From a virus: 64,000 nucleotides of DNA. Both the position numbers and the translations under genes were made by a program. Shown here piece by piece: positions 39,203 through 49,505 of this stretch (position 1 is its first letter; the number at the start of each line of letters is the position of its first letter). Below the pieces are notes generated by a model. It had not been told where the DNA came from. It saw nothing but the letters and a program-made list of their open reading frames with translations, and did not search any database. The DNA lies in IMG/VR virus record IMGVR_UViG_3300020582_000006, positions 21,314 through 85,313 of that record, one strand, 5' to 3'.

Positions 39203-40551
39203 TCATGTATTTAGCGAATCGTTGAGGGCGTCGGAAAGGGCTGTTTTCATGGATTCGATAATCATGGCTTCGACCAGGCGCAGGTCGGGATCGGTCCATG
39301 CCTCACTCCCGTTCCAGGTGTCGTCCTCCGTCGTGATGTAGGTGATCGTGACCCTCTCACCGGCATCCGTTACCGCGCCGAACTCGATCAATTTGCAGCT
39401 GTCGCGGGGATCGCCTGTGACCGGGAAGATGGCGACCCGGTCTTCCGGCTTGCGATTGAGCGCGACTATGGCCTGTTCAAAGGACGGATCGATCAGGAAC
39501 TCGCCGGTCATCGCGATCAGATGGCCGTTCCATGGCGCTTCCGTGTCGGCCCATGCGTACGGGATGGTTTCCCGGGCGCTCGACCTTTCCTCCGGCGTGA
39601 GGCCGGTCGTATAGGCCAGTTTCGAATCGGGAAATTCTACGACCCATTTGGCCGCGCGGGGAATCGCCTCAATGCCGAAGTGACGCAGGCATTCTATGGT
39701 GACGCGAGTCGCAGCGACGCAACTGTTGACCGGCAGGAACCGGCGCAGGACCGGCCTGGCCGCCGCAGCATAGGCTGCCATGATGATGACCGGCGTCACT
39801 TCGCCGCTCCTGTCGGAGCGAGATCGGCGAACATGCCTTCGTCGTTGCAGGGGCACGAAAGCAACTGGCGGCAGCACCGCGGGCATTCCTCGACATCGCA
39901 GCCGGGATGGTGGAATTGCCCGACTGACACCCCGCAGTCATGGCAGCGGCGCCCCGGGTCGGGCGGCGGATAGCGTGTTTCCTTGCCATAGCGAATGCGG
40001 TCGTGAACCGTCGCTTTCTTTCCGTCCGGCGTGAACTGGATGCGATCAGCGGTGCATCCGTCAGCGGTCGTCATTTCCTGTTTGCAGTTTTCGCAGATAG
40101 CCATTAGAGCGTGTCCCCTCTCTCGATCTCGAGCAGTTCCGTGCGGGCGATCAGTAACTCGCCGGTGCCCGGAGGCGGCGTGCCTTTCTCGCCGTGCGCC
40201 CGCCAGAGCAGATTGGCGATCTTGCGGAACTTGGCGCGATTGCGGGCTCCCGTCTTTCCGTTCTCAGACGCCTGGAGTGCAATGCCCAATGCCTGCCTCA
40301 GCAGGTCTTTGTCTACTGCGGTGAAGGATGCCATTTCAGCAGCACCCCTTGCACTCTTCGGTGGCCGCCGGCGCGGGCGCACAGAAGCTGGCAAGCGCAC
40401 GCTTCACCACTTCCGCGGGCTCGATCTTCAGATCGAAGCCGGTATTGAAGATGCGCTGCGCCTCGCTGCCGGTCAGTTGGACCTCGATGATCGGGTCCCT
40501 GAGCTTGCTCATCGTCAGGTTCACTGAACGTGTTTTCGCTTTGGTTGCCAT
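39203..40551 (-). other. Small hypothetical genes (39203-~39782, 39796-40104 Cys-rich, 40104-40334, 40336-40551)
   Basis: ORF track. 39796-40104 has a CHDC...HHPGCD.E.CP.C motif. Confidence 0.55.
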
Positions 40552-40572
40552 GTTGTGTTTTGTCCTTTCGTC

Positions 40573-41544
40573 TTACTTCGCAAACAGCAGGCCCTGGCCG
40601 CGCTTCGTATAGAGCGGTTCGGGTTCCTGGGTAGTGTAAACCGGTTCGGTGCCGGCCACGAGTGAATTCCCCTCGTCGACGGAACCGGTTACGATTCGCT
40701 CGCCGGTGATCTCAGCCGGGAACGGAAATGTCAGCCATGGCGCATAGAGCACGCCGTTGATCTTCGTCATAAGAACGCAGAGACGGTCGATGTCCATGCC
40801 ATAGAGACAGAGCGAGTAGTTGCTCGCGTGGAGTAACATGCGTCCGGATCCGACGCACGGATCGCAGATGGTAGCGGTGCGCGGATCGCGCCCGTCGGGA
40901 AGGCCGCCCTCCATCAGATCGTGGCATTGCATTCGGGCCATCATCTCTACGACATTGTGGGGCGTGGGATAAAACCCGGTGTAGTTATATTTTCCCTTGC
41001 CCTCGGCATAGAGCGTGCCCAGGTAGTCGTAAGGCTGGAGTAACAGCGGGCCCAGATTGAAATGGCGGTAGAGCGCCTCGTTGGTCTTGTCCGCGAGGCG
41101 CGGCTCATCGATACCGTGGAGACCCATCGCCCAGGCCAGCCATTCGATCAGCGCCGGGAATGCGGACCACGAACCGGTGTCGTGGAACATGATGTCGAGC
41201 GCCTTTTCGATCATCTTCATGCCTTCGCCGATGCGCGGATTGCCTTCGCCAAACTGCATCTGCGGGATCGGCTCGTCGAGCAGCTTGCCACCCATCCACG
41301 TTCTCAGGTAGTAATCCCACCGGTTCACCACTTGCGGATGATAGTGGCACTGCTGAACCATGGGAAGCATCCACGCGCGGTACTTCCATGGCGCGATGGG
41401 ATCTTTGCCTAACAGCGGCGGACGACCGTTCTGCAGAATGAAACAGTTTACGTCGAGCACCGCGGACTCGGCCGGCTCCGGTTCGGGAACCGGTTCGGGA
41501 ATGACCTTCGCCTTCGTCGGCTTTACTCTCTTGAGGACGGGCAT
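40573..41544 (-). CDS. N6 DNA methylase-like protein (HsdM-type SAM-binding region)
   Basis: DYLG..Y, GFYPTP..V..MM, DPCVGSGRMLL, YG.DID and GNSL motifs. No NPPY motif seen. Confidence 0.75.
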   Translation of the reverse strand: MPVLKRVKPTKAKVIPEPVPEPEPAESAVLDVNCFILQNGRPPLLGKDPIAPWKYRAWMLPMVQQCHYHPQVVNRWDYYLRTWMGGKLLDEPIPQMQFGEGNPRIGEGMKMIEKALDIMFHDTGSWSAFPALIEWLAWAMGLHGIDEPRLADKTNEALYRHFNLGPLLLQPYDYLGTLYAEGKGKYNYTGFYPTPHNVVEMMARMQCHDLMEGGLPDGRDPRTATICDPCVGSGRMLLHASNYSLCLYGMDIDRLCVLMTKINGVLYAPWLTFPFPAEITGERIVTGSVDEGNSLVAGTEPVYTTQEPEPLYTKRGQGLLFAK

Positions 41545-41753
41545 GGCACCTTTCCTTTCAGGGCTTCGTCGTACAGCTCCGAGAGCTGCTCGACGGTATC
41601 CGCGCCCGGCATCTCATCGTCCGTGCCCAGTTGGGGAAACACTCGTTTTAAAGTGCGCGCCAGTCTGCGATTGAAGCCTTCCTGGTCGGCCAGCGAGATC
41701 GCCTGCAGGATGTCTTTGTTTTGTCTTGTTCCCAATTTTTCCAGCTCCTTTTT

Positions 41754-42095
41754 TTAGTAACCCTGACGGATCAGCCGCGCTTCGCTCGCGGTCCGATCGT
41801 AGGCTGATTGCAACAGCTCCGGCGGATCGGTCGGCATATCGTCCGGCCACCGGATCCAGTCGAAGGCTTCGGAATGAAACAGCATGTATTCATAGGCGAC
41901 CTCGACCGTCGGCGCTCCTCCTTCGAAGATGTCTTCGGCGGCATAGCGCAGCTGACGCCCCAGCCTCGCCCAGTCGGGCGGCTCAGGCGCCGGGTCCCTG
42001 ACTAACGCGCCCTTCGCCAGTTCGATCATGGCCTCGCGAGTCATGTCTCCGGTGGCGATGGCCTGGACGGCCTCGCGCAATTTTCGTTCTGTCAT
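41754..42095 (-). CDS. Hypothetical protein
   Basis: AAAGGA RBS. Confidence 0.55.
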   Translation of the reverse strand: MTERKLREAVQAIATGDMTREAMIELAKGALVRDPAPEPPDWARLGRQLRYAAEDIFEGGAPTVEVAYEYMLFHSEAFDWIRWPDDMPTDPPELLQSAYDRTASEARLIRQGY

Positions 42096-42113
42096 TTTTG
42101 GGATTCCTTTCTT

Positions 42114-42650
42114 CTATGAAGCGGGGACCACGGCTCCGCAGCTGGTGCATTGCAGCATACGCTTGCGCTGCGCCAGCGTACCGCCGAGCAGTAAGAAGAC
42201 CAGTGCTCCGACCGCGACCAGGGGCGCAAGCACCAGAGCAAAAGGGGCGAGGAACAGCAGGAAGATCGCGGCGGGGATCATGACCAGAAGCCCGAGGCAT
42301 CCGCCGGATCCGCCGAGTTTAAAGCGACTCTTGCTGACCAGTCTGCCGCGATGACAAATCTGACAGACCGGTCTGGAAGACGGTCCTCGAGGTATCGGCC
42401 GACCGTTGATGAGCGGCACATTGATGCCGCCGCACGTGGGGCAATAGTTGAAGCCGGTGGAGCATGTTCCGCAGTTCGTGCACTGATTCTGGTGCTGGAA
42501 CTGATCGGCCGGGCGCGGCGCGGTTACCTCCGCGGTTACTTCCGGCAGCGGCGGCGTCAAATCAAACCGGGTCGTGCATTTCGGACATGACTGACCTGAG
42601 CGCCACTCAATCCAGTGGTGTTTGCAGCGAGTACATCTTACAAGTTTCAT
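42114..42650 (-). CDS. Multi-zinc-ribbon membrane protein
   Basis: Several CxxC pairs and a hydrophobic TM hairpin. Confidence 0.65.
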   Translation of the reverse strand: MKLVRCTRCKHHWIEWRSGQSCPKCTTRFDLTPPLPEVTAEVTAPRPADQFQHQNQCTNCGTCSTGFNYCPTCGGINVPLINGRPIPRGPSSRPVCQICHRGRLVSKSRFKLGGSGGCLGLLVMIPAAIFLLFLAPFALVLAPLVAVGALVFLLLGGTLAQRKRMLQCTSCGAVVPAS

Positions 42651-42713
42651 GGTGTTGTTTCCTTTGTGTGTTGTGTTGTGGAAGGGGACCGGCTTGACCG
42701 GTCCCCGGTCTGA

Positions 42714-43331
42714 CTACTGCTGGCGGATGTGCGCTTCCTCGATGAAGTACTCCTCCGTGTTGACGCGATCGTAGGCGGTGCCGATCGCGTTCTCGATGGC
42801 GGCTGAGACGTCGCACCCGGTGCCGACGAAGCCGCTCGTTTCTACGCTCCCGTTGGCCTTCACGGTCATGGTGCCGCCCGCCGGGTAATAGATGAGAAGG
42901 TCGCCGTTCGCCTGGAGCTCGTTCATCCACCCCAGTTCATTGGCCTTGAGCCGCCCGACCTCGACGGCGTAGTGGCCTTCGAGAGTTTTGATATCCTCGA
43001 CCTTGCCCCATCGCCCGTTGTAGTCGTCGAACGCGAGATTGTTATCCGCGAGCAGGCAGAGCGGATACTGCCAGTTCGGTAAGCGGAAGCCGAAGCCGTT
43101 CTGCATACCTCCGATGTAGAACTGGCCTTCGCCCAGGACCTCGCCTTTCATATTGAGAATCGCTCCGGTGAGCGCCTCGCGGTTGCGCAGTTCGACGGTT
43201 ACCTTCACCGTGTGGGACACGACTCGGGTCGGGCCCAGTGCGCGGAAGATGGGGCCGAAGCCACACTCCTTACCGGGAGTGCAGGTTCGGCCGCAAGCAA
43301 ATGTGTGAGCGTTCAGAATGTTGAGAGTCAT
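42714..43331 (-). CDS. DUF1257-DUF2997-like fusion protein
   Basis: SH......LRN..AL..AI N-domain and a C-terminal G.VE..GFVG.GC.....IE.AIG......T.EY motif. Confidence 0.55.
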   Translation of the reverse strand: MTLNILNAHTFACGRTCTPGKECGFGPIFRALGPTRVVSHTVKVTVELRNREALTGAILNMKGEVLGEGQFYIGGMQNGFGFRLPNWQYPLCLLADNNLAFDDYNGRWGKVEDIKTLEGHYAVEVGRLKANELGWMNELQANGDLLIYYPAGGTMTVKANGSVETSGFVGTGCDVSAAIENAIGTAYDRVNTEEYFIEEAHIRQQ

Positions 43332-43381
43332 GGTGTTTTGTGGTTTCCTTTTCCTTTGTCTGTCGATAGTCTGGCTGATGC

Positions 43382-44266
43382 TTACGCGGCTTTAGGCACC
43401 GCTACCTTGATCCGCCGCGCACCGCGGATCGAAGTGAGGATCTGATCGGCTGACTGGGCCATGAGCGCCCGGGTATGCTTATCGGCTTTGATGGCCTCGA
43501 CCGAATAAGCCGCCAGCTTTTTGAGAGTGTCCTGACGGAGTTTCTCGAACCGGCTGTCGCCGGTGATATTGAGCCGCGCCAGCAGATCGCACTGTTCCTG
43601 CAGATTGTCGATGAGCACGTCGCGGATGATCGCCCCGGGTGCGAGACGTTCCGACATATGCCGGACGACATCGTAGAGCCGCTGCCATGTGTCGTCCATC
43701 GCCACTTTGGTCGCGGCCTGCACCCGCGAGTGTTCCTGGCTCCTGAGAACTGCGAGCACTTCATTGGAAAGCCCGACGCGGAAGTCGCCCGCCGGCACGC
43801 TGGTGATGACGAACGAGATCTGGAACTTGTTGCCGATGTCGGCGACCGAAGGGTAGTCTTCCTCGTTGTACATGGTGTTGAGGAACTTGCGGGCGTTCTC
43901 CTTGAGCGTGGGATACTCGCTCAGGAAAGCCCTCTTCAATCGGGGAATCTCGCGATCCGCCTCTTTCTGCAGTTCCTGATATTTCTCGTGATTGGCGATG
44001 GGCAGGAGCCGGGTCCACTCCTCGCCCCAGGGAAGCGTCAGTTCATAGTGGCGCGTCCGGACCGATGCGATGAAGCTGGTCAGCTCCTTATAGGACGGGC
44101 GTTCGGCAGGCAGCAGGCTCTTGTTGAACCGGCCCGCCTCTTCGCCGGTGCCGTGCTGTTCGATGACCTCTTTCGTCACCTTTTTGTCGTACTTGCGGGC
44201 GGACCAGCTGTTCAGCCTCAGCGATACCAGCAGGGCGCGGGAACTGATGTCTACGTTATTGCTCAT
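43382..44266 (-). CDS. DUF3150-like protein
   Basis: LVSL....WSARK.D, K.LL, TLPW and YN..DYPS......F motifs. Confidence 0.75.
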   Translation of the reverse strand: MSNNVDISSRALLVSLRLNSWSARKYDKKVTKEVIEQHGTGEEAGRFNKSLLPAERPSYKELTSFIASVRTRHYELTLPWGEEWTRLLPIANHEKYQELQKEADREIPRLKRAFLSEYPTLKENARKFLNTMYNEEDYPSVADIGNKFQISFVITSVPAGDFRVGLSNEVLAVLRSQEHSRVQAATKVAMDDTWQRLYDVVRHMSERLAPGAIIRDVLIDNLQEQCDLLARLNITGDSRFEKLRQDTLKKLAAYSVEAIKADKHTRALMAQSADQILTSIRGARRIKVAVPKAA

Positions 44267-44323
44267 GGTGTATTGTTTCCTTTCCGTTTGTATGTCTGTT
44301 GTCTTTCGGTTGTATATCGGTCC

Positions 44324-45862
44324 TTAGTTGAGTTTCGGGTTGATGACCGACTTGATGGGAGTCGGGGACTGGGCCTTCACCTTGCGCCCCGTTGGTACTT
44401 CTACGGGACCGTCCGGCGTGTTGGCCGCGCGAAGTTCCTCGCGACCGTACTTGCGCAGCGCGTCGATTTCATCGGCGCGGGTGCGGGCGATGGGCCGGAT
44501 GTTCTTTGCCGAGTCGCGCAGCGATTGCGCCGTGATCTGCTTGCGGGTCTGACGCGCCGCAGAGAGCACGCAATTCTCGATCTCCGCGCCGGTCCAGGTG
44601 TCGCTGAGGTCGGCTACCAGCTGGCACAGTTCGGGAGTCGCCGCCTCCCATCGCCGCAGGTGAACCTCGGCGATCTCGCGGCGCTCGATCTTCGAAGGCA
44701 GATCGACAAAGAACATCTGATCGAAGCGGCCCGCCCGGGTCAATTCGGCAGGCAGCTTGAACGGATCGTTCACCGTCGCCAGCGAGAAAATCTCCGACGT
44801 GTGATCCTGCAGCCAGGTGGCGAGCTGGCCCACCATGCCGATGGTCACGCCGGAGTCGGTCTGACCGCTCGACTTGTATCCCGCGACGCCTTTCTCGAAC
44901 TCGTCGAAGTAGAGAATGCAGGGCGCGATCGCTTCGGCCAGCGCCAGCGTCTCTTTCATCTGGCGTTCCGACTGACCCACGGTGCCGCCCTTCAGTTCGC
45001 CGATATTGCAGCGGACGACAGGGATGCCAAGGATCGCGCCGATGATGCGGACCGACAGCGATTTGCCGGTGCCGGGGATGCCTACCAGAATGCCGCCGCG
45101 CGGTCTCAAGTCGGGATCGCGGAAGACCGGCAGCAGTTCGGTTCTGACGTACTCGCGCAAAAGCCCGAGCCCGCCCAGTTTGTCCGGATCCACCGGAGGC
45201 ATGACCGTGAGAAAGCCTGACGCCTTGATCATCTTCAGCTTTTCATCGGTCACCACGTTGACGCGGAACTGAGTGCCGTCGAAGGCCATGGCCATAGCGC
45301 CTTCGGCTTCGCCCAGGGTCAGCCCTCGCGCGGCGTCGAGGATCTGGTTCCTGACCTCGGTCGAAATCTGGCCGTCCCAATCGCTGGCTTCTACGGCGCC
45401 TCTCACCGTAATGTCGAGCGCGGCTGACAACTCCTCGCGAGTCGGGAGCGTATCGAAGATGACCGGGATATCGTGTGACAGTTCGGCGGGGAACTGCCAT
45501 TGCGGGGCGATCAGTACGATGAGCGTCCCGAGCGGCTTGGTCTTCACCAGAGTGTCGCGCAGCTCGCGATAGGCCGCTGCGTTTTTGATGACGTGCTGAT
45601 AATCGAGAACCACGAGCACCGGAGGCGCTGCCGCGTCGGCCTCGGTTTTCGCGAGCGTGGCGAAAGCACTGCTGTAGCCGCCCTGTAAATCAATCACCTT
45701 GTTGTTCTCGCGGACATTGGTCAGACCGCCTTTGGCGGCGATGCGCCAGATCTCGCGGCCGCGGAATTCAGCGACCAGATTCGAGATCGACCTGTCCTCG
45801 TCCGTCGTCGCGATGGCTACCGCCGGATAACCGGCATTGGCATATGAGCTGAGTGTTGACAT
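44324..45862 (-). CDS. Ycf46-like AAA+ ATPase
   Basis: GLTL.EAE, GGL..L, G.PGTGKSL, VGQSE, APCIL.FDE.EK, T.N....LP.EL.RAGRFD..FFVDLP and GAEIE motifs. Confidence 0.85.
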   Translation of the reverse strand: MSTLSSYANAGYPAVAIATTDEDRSISNLVAEFRGREIWRIAAKGGLTNVRENNKVIDLQGGYSSAFATLAKTEADAAAPPVLVVLDYQHVIKNAAAYRELRDTLVKTKPLGTLIVLIAPQWQFPAELSHDIPVIFDTLPTREELSAALDITVRGAVEASDWDGQISTEVRNQILDAARGLTLGEAEGAMAMAFDGTQFRVNVVTDEKLKMIKASGFLTVMPPVDPDKLGGLGLLREYVRTELLPVFRDPDLRPRGGILVGIPGTGKSLSVRIIGAILGIPVVRCNIGELKGGTVGQSERQMKETLALAEAIAPCILYFDEFEKGVAGYKSSGQTDSGVTIGMVGQLATWLQDHTSEIFSLATVNDPFKLPAELTRAGRFDQMFFVDLPSKIERREIAEVHLRRWEAATPELCQLVADLSDTWTGAEIENCVLSAARQTRKQITAQSLRDSAKNIRPIARTRADEIDALRKYGREELRAANTPDGPVEVPTGRKVKAQSPTPIKSVINPKLN

Positions 45863-45909
45863 GATTGTTCTGTATTGTCCTTTCCCTTTTTTGTGTTGGT
45901 CTGGTTCGG

Positions 45910-46975
45910 TTATTCCTGCACCCTTTGAGGGTCCGGGATATCGAGCGCCCGGTTCACCTGACGCAAAGCCATGGGATCGGTGCGCTCGAGGTGCTCGCGG
46001 ATCGCCGGAGTCAGTGCGATCACCTTGAGCGCCCTTTCCAGCTGTTCTGTTCTCTCAGGCTTGAGCTGACCGATTGTCAGCGCGGCGGCCAGGTTCCTGC
46101 ACCCCTGAACTTCATCGGTGGGGATTGCCGGGTTGGTTTCCAGCTGAACAAAGGTCAGCGCGAGAAGCCCGCTGACCAGTCCCATGCGGTCTGACTTGCC
46201 CGTCTCGAACAGAGACTCGATCTGCTCGTGCATGATCTCCTTGAATTCTGCCTTAGTTAACTTGCCGTCGTTGTTTGGGATTTCGATAACGTTGCTCATT
46301 GTGCTGTAGTCTCCTTCTGTCGGCGTGTCGCCCACGCCTTACGCGCCGCGTTCGAGCGGCGGATGTCAAGATTGTGCTGGCGGATGCGGGCCAGCGTTTC
46401 TACGCTGAGCCCGCGCCCGATGAAATCGACCGGCGCGGTCGAGGGCGGGTCAAAGGTATAGATGACCTGTTGAGTCGCGAGGTCGAACACCGGATAGTGC
46501 TGACCGTCGCTGGCCACCGGGAAGCGAACGCTCACCGGGTCGTCGAAGTTACACCGGACGAAGTCGGGGATCTGGACCCTTTCTCCGTTCAGTTCTGTCT
46601 CCCACATGTGTTGTGTGTTGTGTTGTCTCCTTAGTCGTAGCGTTTGTCTTTCTCAACCTGGTCCCAGTCCATGAGCGGGTAGTCCGGTTCCTCCGGTTCT
46701 TCGTCCTCCTCCGGCCAGGTCGCCCAACACTGGGCGCAGGTGTCGCTGTGGCCGACCACTGTAGTGACCGGCTGACGGGCGCAGTGGAGATCGCGCGGCC
46801 CCGCCCCGCAACTGGGACAGGGCCCATCGCAAAGAGCGCAGGGACCGGTGACGCCGTGCTCGCACGGCTCATGGTATTTGGTCAGCATTTCTTCCTCGGC
46901 CAGTATCCTTTCTTCGATATGGTCTTGCAGAAGAAAGTCGGGCGGAAGGTCTGACAAGTTGGGGATAGCTTTCAT
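45910..46975 (-). other. Three hypothetical genes (45910-46299, 46296-46607, 46631-46975)
   Basis: Coupled ORFs with ACA-rich leaders. Confidence 0.55.
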
Positions 46976-47322
46976 TGTTTTGTCCTGTTCTGTCGTTTCA
47001 ATTTGAGATACTCCGTCTCCGGAGTGCGGCTGACAAAGCGCCCGCCGGCCCGTGGATGGTGCCGCGCATGGTGCGCCTTGTGACAGCTGGAATGAGCGAG
47101 AGTTTCATTGACCCTCGCCTTATCGTCGTGGTCACCGTTTTTGTGATGGATGGTGATGTCGAGCGCGGAGAACGGTTCGGCTCGACCGTCGCCGTCGCGG
47201 ATCGTTTTCTCCGCCGGGGAAAGCGGTCGCTTGCAGAAGTAGCAACGCTTTCCCCGGACAAAGAACCAAAGCAGTTCGCGCAGCTTGTTCAGCTCGCGCC
47301 GGGAAGACTTGCGCATCGCCAT
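46972..47322 (-). CDS. HNH endonuclease
   Basis: CYFC, IHHKNGDH.D....N...AH..CH...H. Confidence 0.75.
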   Translation of the reverse strand: MAMRKSSRRELNKLRELLWFFVRGKRCYFCKRPLSPAEKTIRDGDGRAEPFSALDITIHHKNGDHDDKARVNETLAHSSCHKAHHARHHPRAGGRFVSRTPETEYLKLKRQNRTKQ

Positions 47323-47327
47323 GGCTT

Positions 47328-47978
47328 CTACGCCGCCCTCTTCGCGGCCTCTTTCCATTGCGATTCGAGACCGTAGTGTTTGGCGCAGACCGGACCGTAA
47401 CCGGCTGCGGTCGAACGCTCGTCCTTCAGGGGCAGGTTGCAGAAGCAGCACTGGCCGGTAAGTCTGCCATGCTCGCGGGCAACCCTCGCGGGATCGGCTG
47501 CCAGTGCGGAAAGCAGGGTTTCGAGCGCCGCTAACATCGCTGGCGTAGTCGAGCGGGAAGGTTCCCATGCGCCGCTGGCATCGACTCGGCCGAACCATTG
47601 CCGGTTCGGGAACTGACCCTCGCCCGTTATATTGATCGACCCTGGCGTCTTCGACCGGTCACCGGCGACTGAGAGGATCACTTTCTGACCCTCGCAGACC
47701 AGAACGATCTTGGGGAATTTCAGGTGCGCCTTAGCCTGATTGAAGAGTTCGACGACGCCGGTGAACGCTCCCACGTTCACCTGACGGGCTGGCGGTTTGG
47801 CGGTCGGGTTCTCGACCCGCGCGATCAGGACCGCAACCCACGGCTCCTGCTTCGGGCTGAGGCGGTTGTGCTTCGCGTAAGAAGCGAGCAGGTCGGAGGC
47901 GAAGTTGCTGTCCCTCTGGCTCAGCCTGCCTTTGATCGATCGAAGTGTGCTGATTTGTTCGGCTAACGTTGTGCTCAT
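47328..47978 (-). CDS. Phage protein with C-terminal DUF6011-like Zn finger
   Basis: LS.KQ..W and CCFC..PL.DERS...GYGPVCA motifs. Confidence 0.7.
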   Translation of the reverse strand: MSTTLAEQISTLRSIKGRLSQRDSNFASDLLASYAKHNRLSPKQEPWVAVLIARVENPTAKPPARQVNVGAFTGVVELFNQAKAHLKFPKIVLVCEGQKVILSVAGDRSKTPGSINITGEGQFPNRQWFGRVDASGAWEPSRSTTPAMLAALETLLSALAADPARVAREHGRLTGQCCFCNLPLKDERSTAAGYGPVCAKHYGLESQWKEAAKRAA

Positions 47979-48019
47979 TGTTTTGTCCTGTCCTGTTTTC
48001 GGCTGCATTCTACGGCCAT

Positions 48020-48463
48020 TTATTTACTGCGGTTCCTCCGGGTTTCCCAGGCCTTTCGCGCGGCGGCACCGCGGTCTGAGTTACCGGATGGCGAAGAGGG
48101 CTGACCGGTCGGCCTGACCCTCGCTGACTTTTTGCGGGCTTTCTTTTCCTCGCGGCGTTTTTCCCTGAGATACTCGAACCGGTCGTGGTCCTCGCGATTC
48201 AGGAATCGTTTCCGGCTGGTATTACCCATTCGGGGACCTTGCTTGTAATCGGGGTCTTTCACTGGCCAGCAAACCTCATCGGTCGCTGAGCAGTCCCAAC
48301 ACTTGTACGCCCACCCCATACCGATCGGGGCAAAGGCGCGGTAGACAGACTGACTGGAGCAATGGGCGCAACCCTTGAAGATCGAACCCACTTTGTAATA
48401 GAGCTTGCGTTCTCGCCAGGCCTTCGCTGCCTGGTCTTTCATGCGAGCCTGCAGTTTGGTCAT
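48020..48463 (-). CDS. Basic Zn-ribbon protein
   Basis: CAHC/CWDC and an AAAGGG-ACA leader. Confidence 0.55.
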   Translation of the reverse strand: MTKLQARMKDQAAKAWRERKLYYKVGSIFKGCAHCSSQSVYRAFAPIGMGWAYKCWDCSATDEVCWPVKDPDYKQGPRMGNTSRKRFLNREDHDRFEYLREKRREEKKARKKSARVRPTGQPSSPSGNSDRGAAARKAWETRRNRSK

Positions 48464-48519
48464 GTGTTGTGTTGTGGCCCTTTCTACTGTCACCTTCGTT
48501 TGTTTTGTTCATCTGTTAG

Positions 48520-49000
48520 CGTTACCCGGTCCGGACCACGGGGAGGTAGATGATATTCACGGACCACTTTCGCGGCTGAGTTGTCACGTCACCAGGGAGG
48601 AAACGACTCACCTGAGTCGCAGGATTTCTACGATCTGCAAACTCAATGCTGGCTCTCAGCCTCGTCCTTACTCACCGGGAAATGGTTCTAACTCAGGCAG
48701 ATTTGGGATTTTCTTCCTCTCAGTTACGGTAGGTCTGCTCATCTCGCGCTCGGCCCATGACAGGCATTTTGGCTACAGAGTCGATATGGCCAGGGTGTGA
48801 GGTAACCTCAGTGCTGGCCTTACCATTTGGTTTTCAGGAACCTTGTATTCAGTTTTCAAAGATCAGCCCGGTAAGGATGAGAGCCAGGATTTTTCGAACT
48901 CGCCGTTCAACCTGCCTCAGTCAACCCCAGGGTTTGACTTCATCGGATCGCCTTCGACCCGCGTTTCACGTTAACCCCTTTCGTTTCAGGTGGTTAGGTG
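48520..49000 (-). ncRNA. Long structured leader/ncRNA with an rrn-type boxA
   Basis: Long-range stems (CTGGCTCTC/GAGAGCCAG, TCCTTA/TAAGGA, ACCGGG/CCCGGT) and several hairpins. GATCTTTGAAAACTGAATA on the minus strand at 48846-48864. Confidence 0.45.
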
Positions 49001-49008
49001 GTATTTAA

Positions 49009-49017
49009 AGTATATCA
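49009..49017 (-). promoter_or_regulatory. Extended -10 promoter TGaTATACT for the leftward operon
   Basis: Similar TGaTATAAT elements lie on the minus strand near 33847-33855 and 39198-39206. Confidence 0.45.
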
Positions 49018-49273
49018 CGGCGGGAGATAGAAAAAAGGGTTTTTTTGGAAGTGGGGCGAGGTTTTTTCTGTTTAGAATCAGTAGTTTACGGGGAATCGGC
49101 GGCTCCCTGCGACACCCGGCGGCGAAAAAAGCCTCCATTACGGCGAAGTGGCGCGGTCTGTATGGTGTTGAAATCAGGGGCTTTACGGGGACACCATCAG
49201 GCGGCCATCGGACCGCACCATAGACCGTGCGGCGGCGGCTTACAACCGATATTCAATGTATATCGGTTCGATA

Positions 49274-49358
49274 TCCTGACTCCTGACTCCTGACCTCCCA
49301 TCGCTCTCACCCGCGACCTATGGCTACCGACTGACTCCTGACTCCTGACTCCTGACTC
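49274..49358. repeat. Heptamer tandem repeats (TCCTGAC)x3 and (CTGACTC)x4
   Basis: Read directly at 49274-49294 and 49331-49358. Confidence 0.85.
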
Positions 49359-49459
49359 CATCGCGCGTAAGGTGCGCCCATCGCGCTGGCCGCGTGGCCA
49401 ATCGGGATCGCCGGCCCGGGATCGGGATCGGCCGCAGGCCAGCCACCATTCCGGCGTAG

Positions 49460-49490
49460 AAAAAAAAAGGGCGAGCTTTTCAGCTCGCCC
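49460..49490 (-). terminator. Rho-independent terminator
   Basis: GGGCGAGC/GCTCGCCC stem with a T-tract on the minus strand, just after the stop at 49506. Confidence 0.8.
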
Positions 49491-49505
49491 CGGGTGTGGG
49501 AGGTG

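Noticed and set aside
43475-45220. 581-aa + strand ORF (and similar long ORFs at 1882-3177, 8825-9961, 35252-36403, 58044-59192)
   Set aside because: These are antisense shadows of well-supported genes in high-GC DNA.
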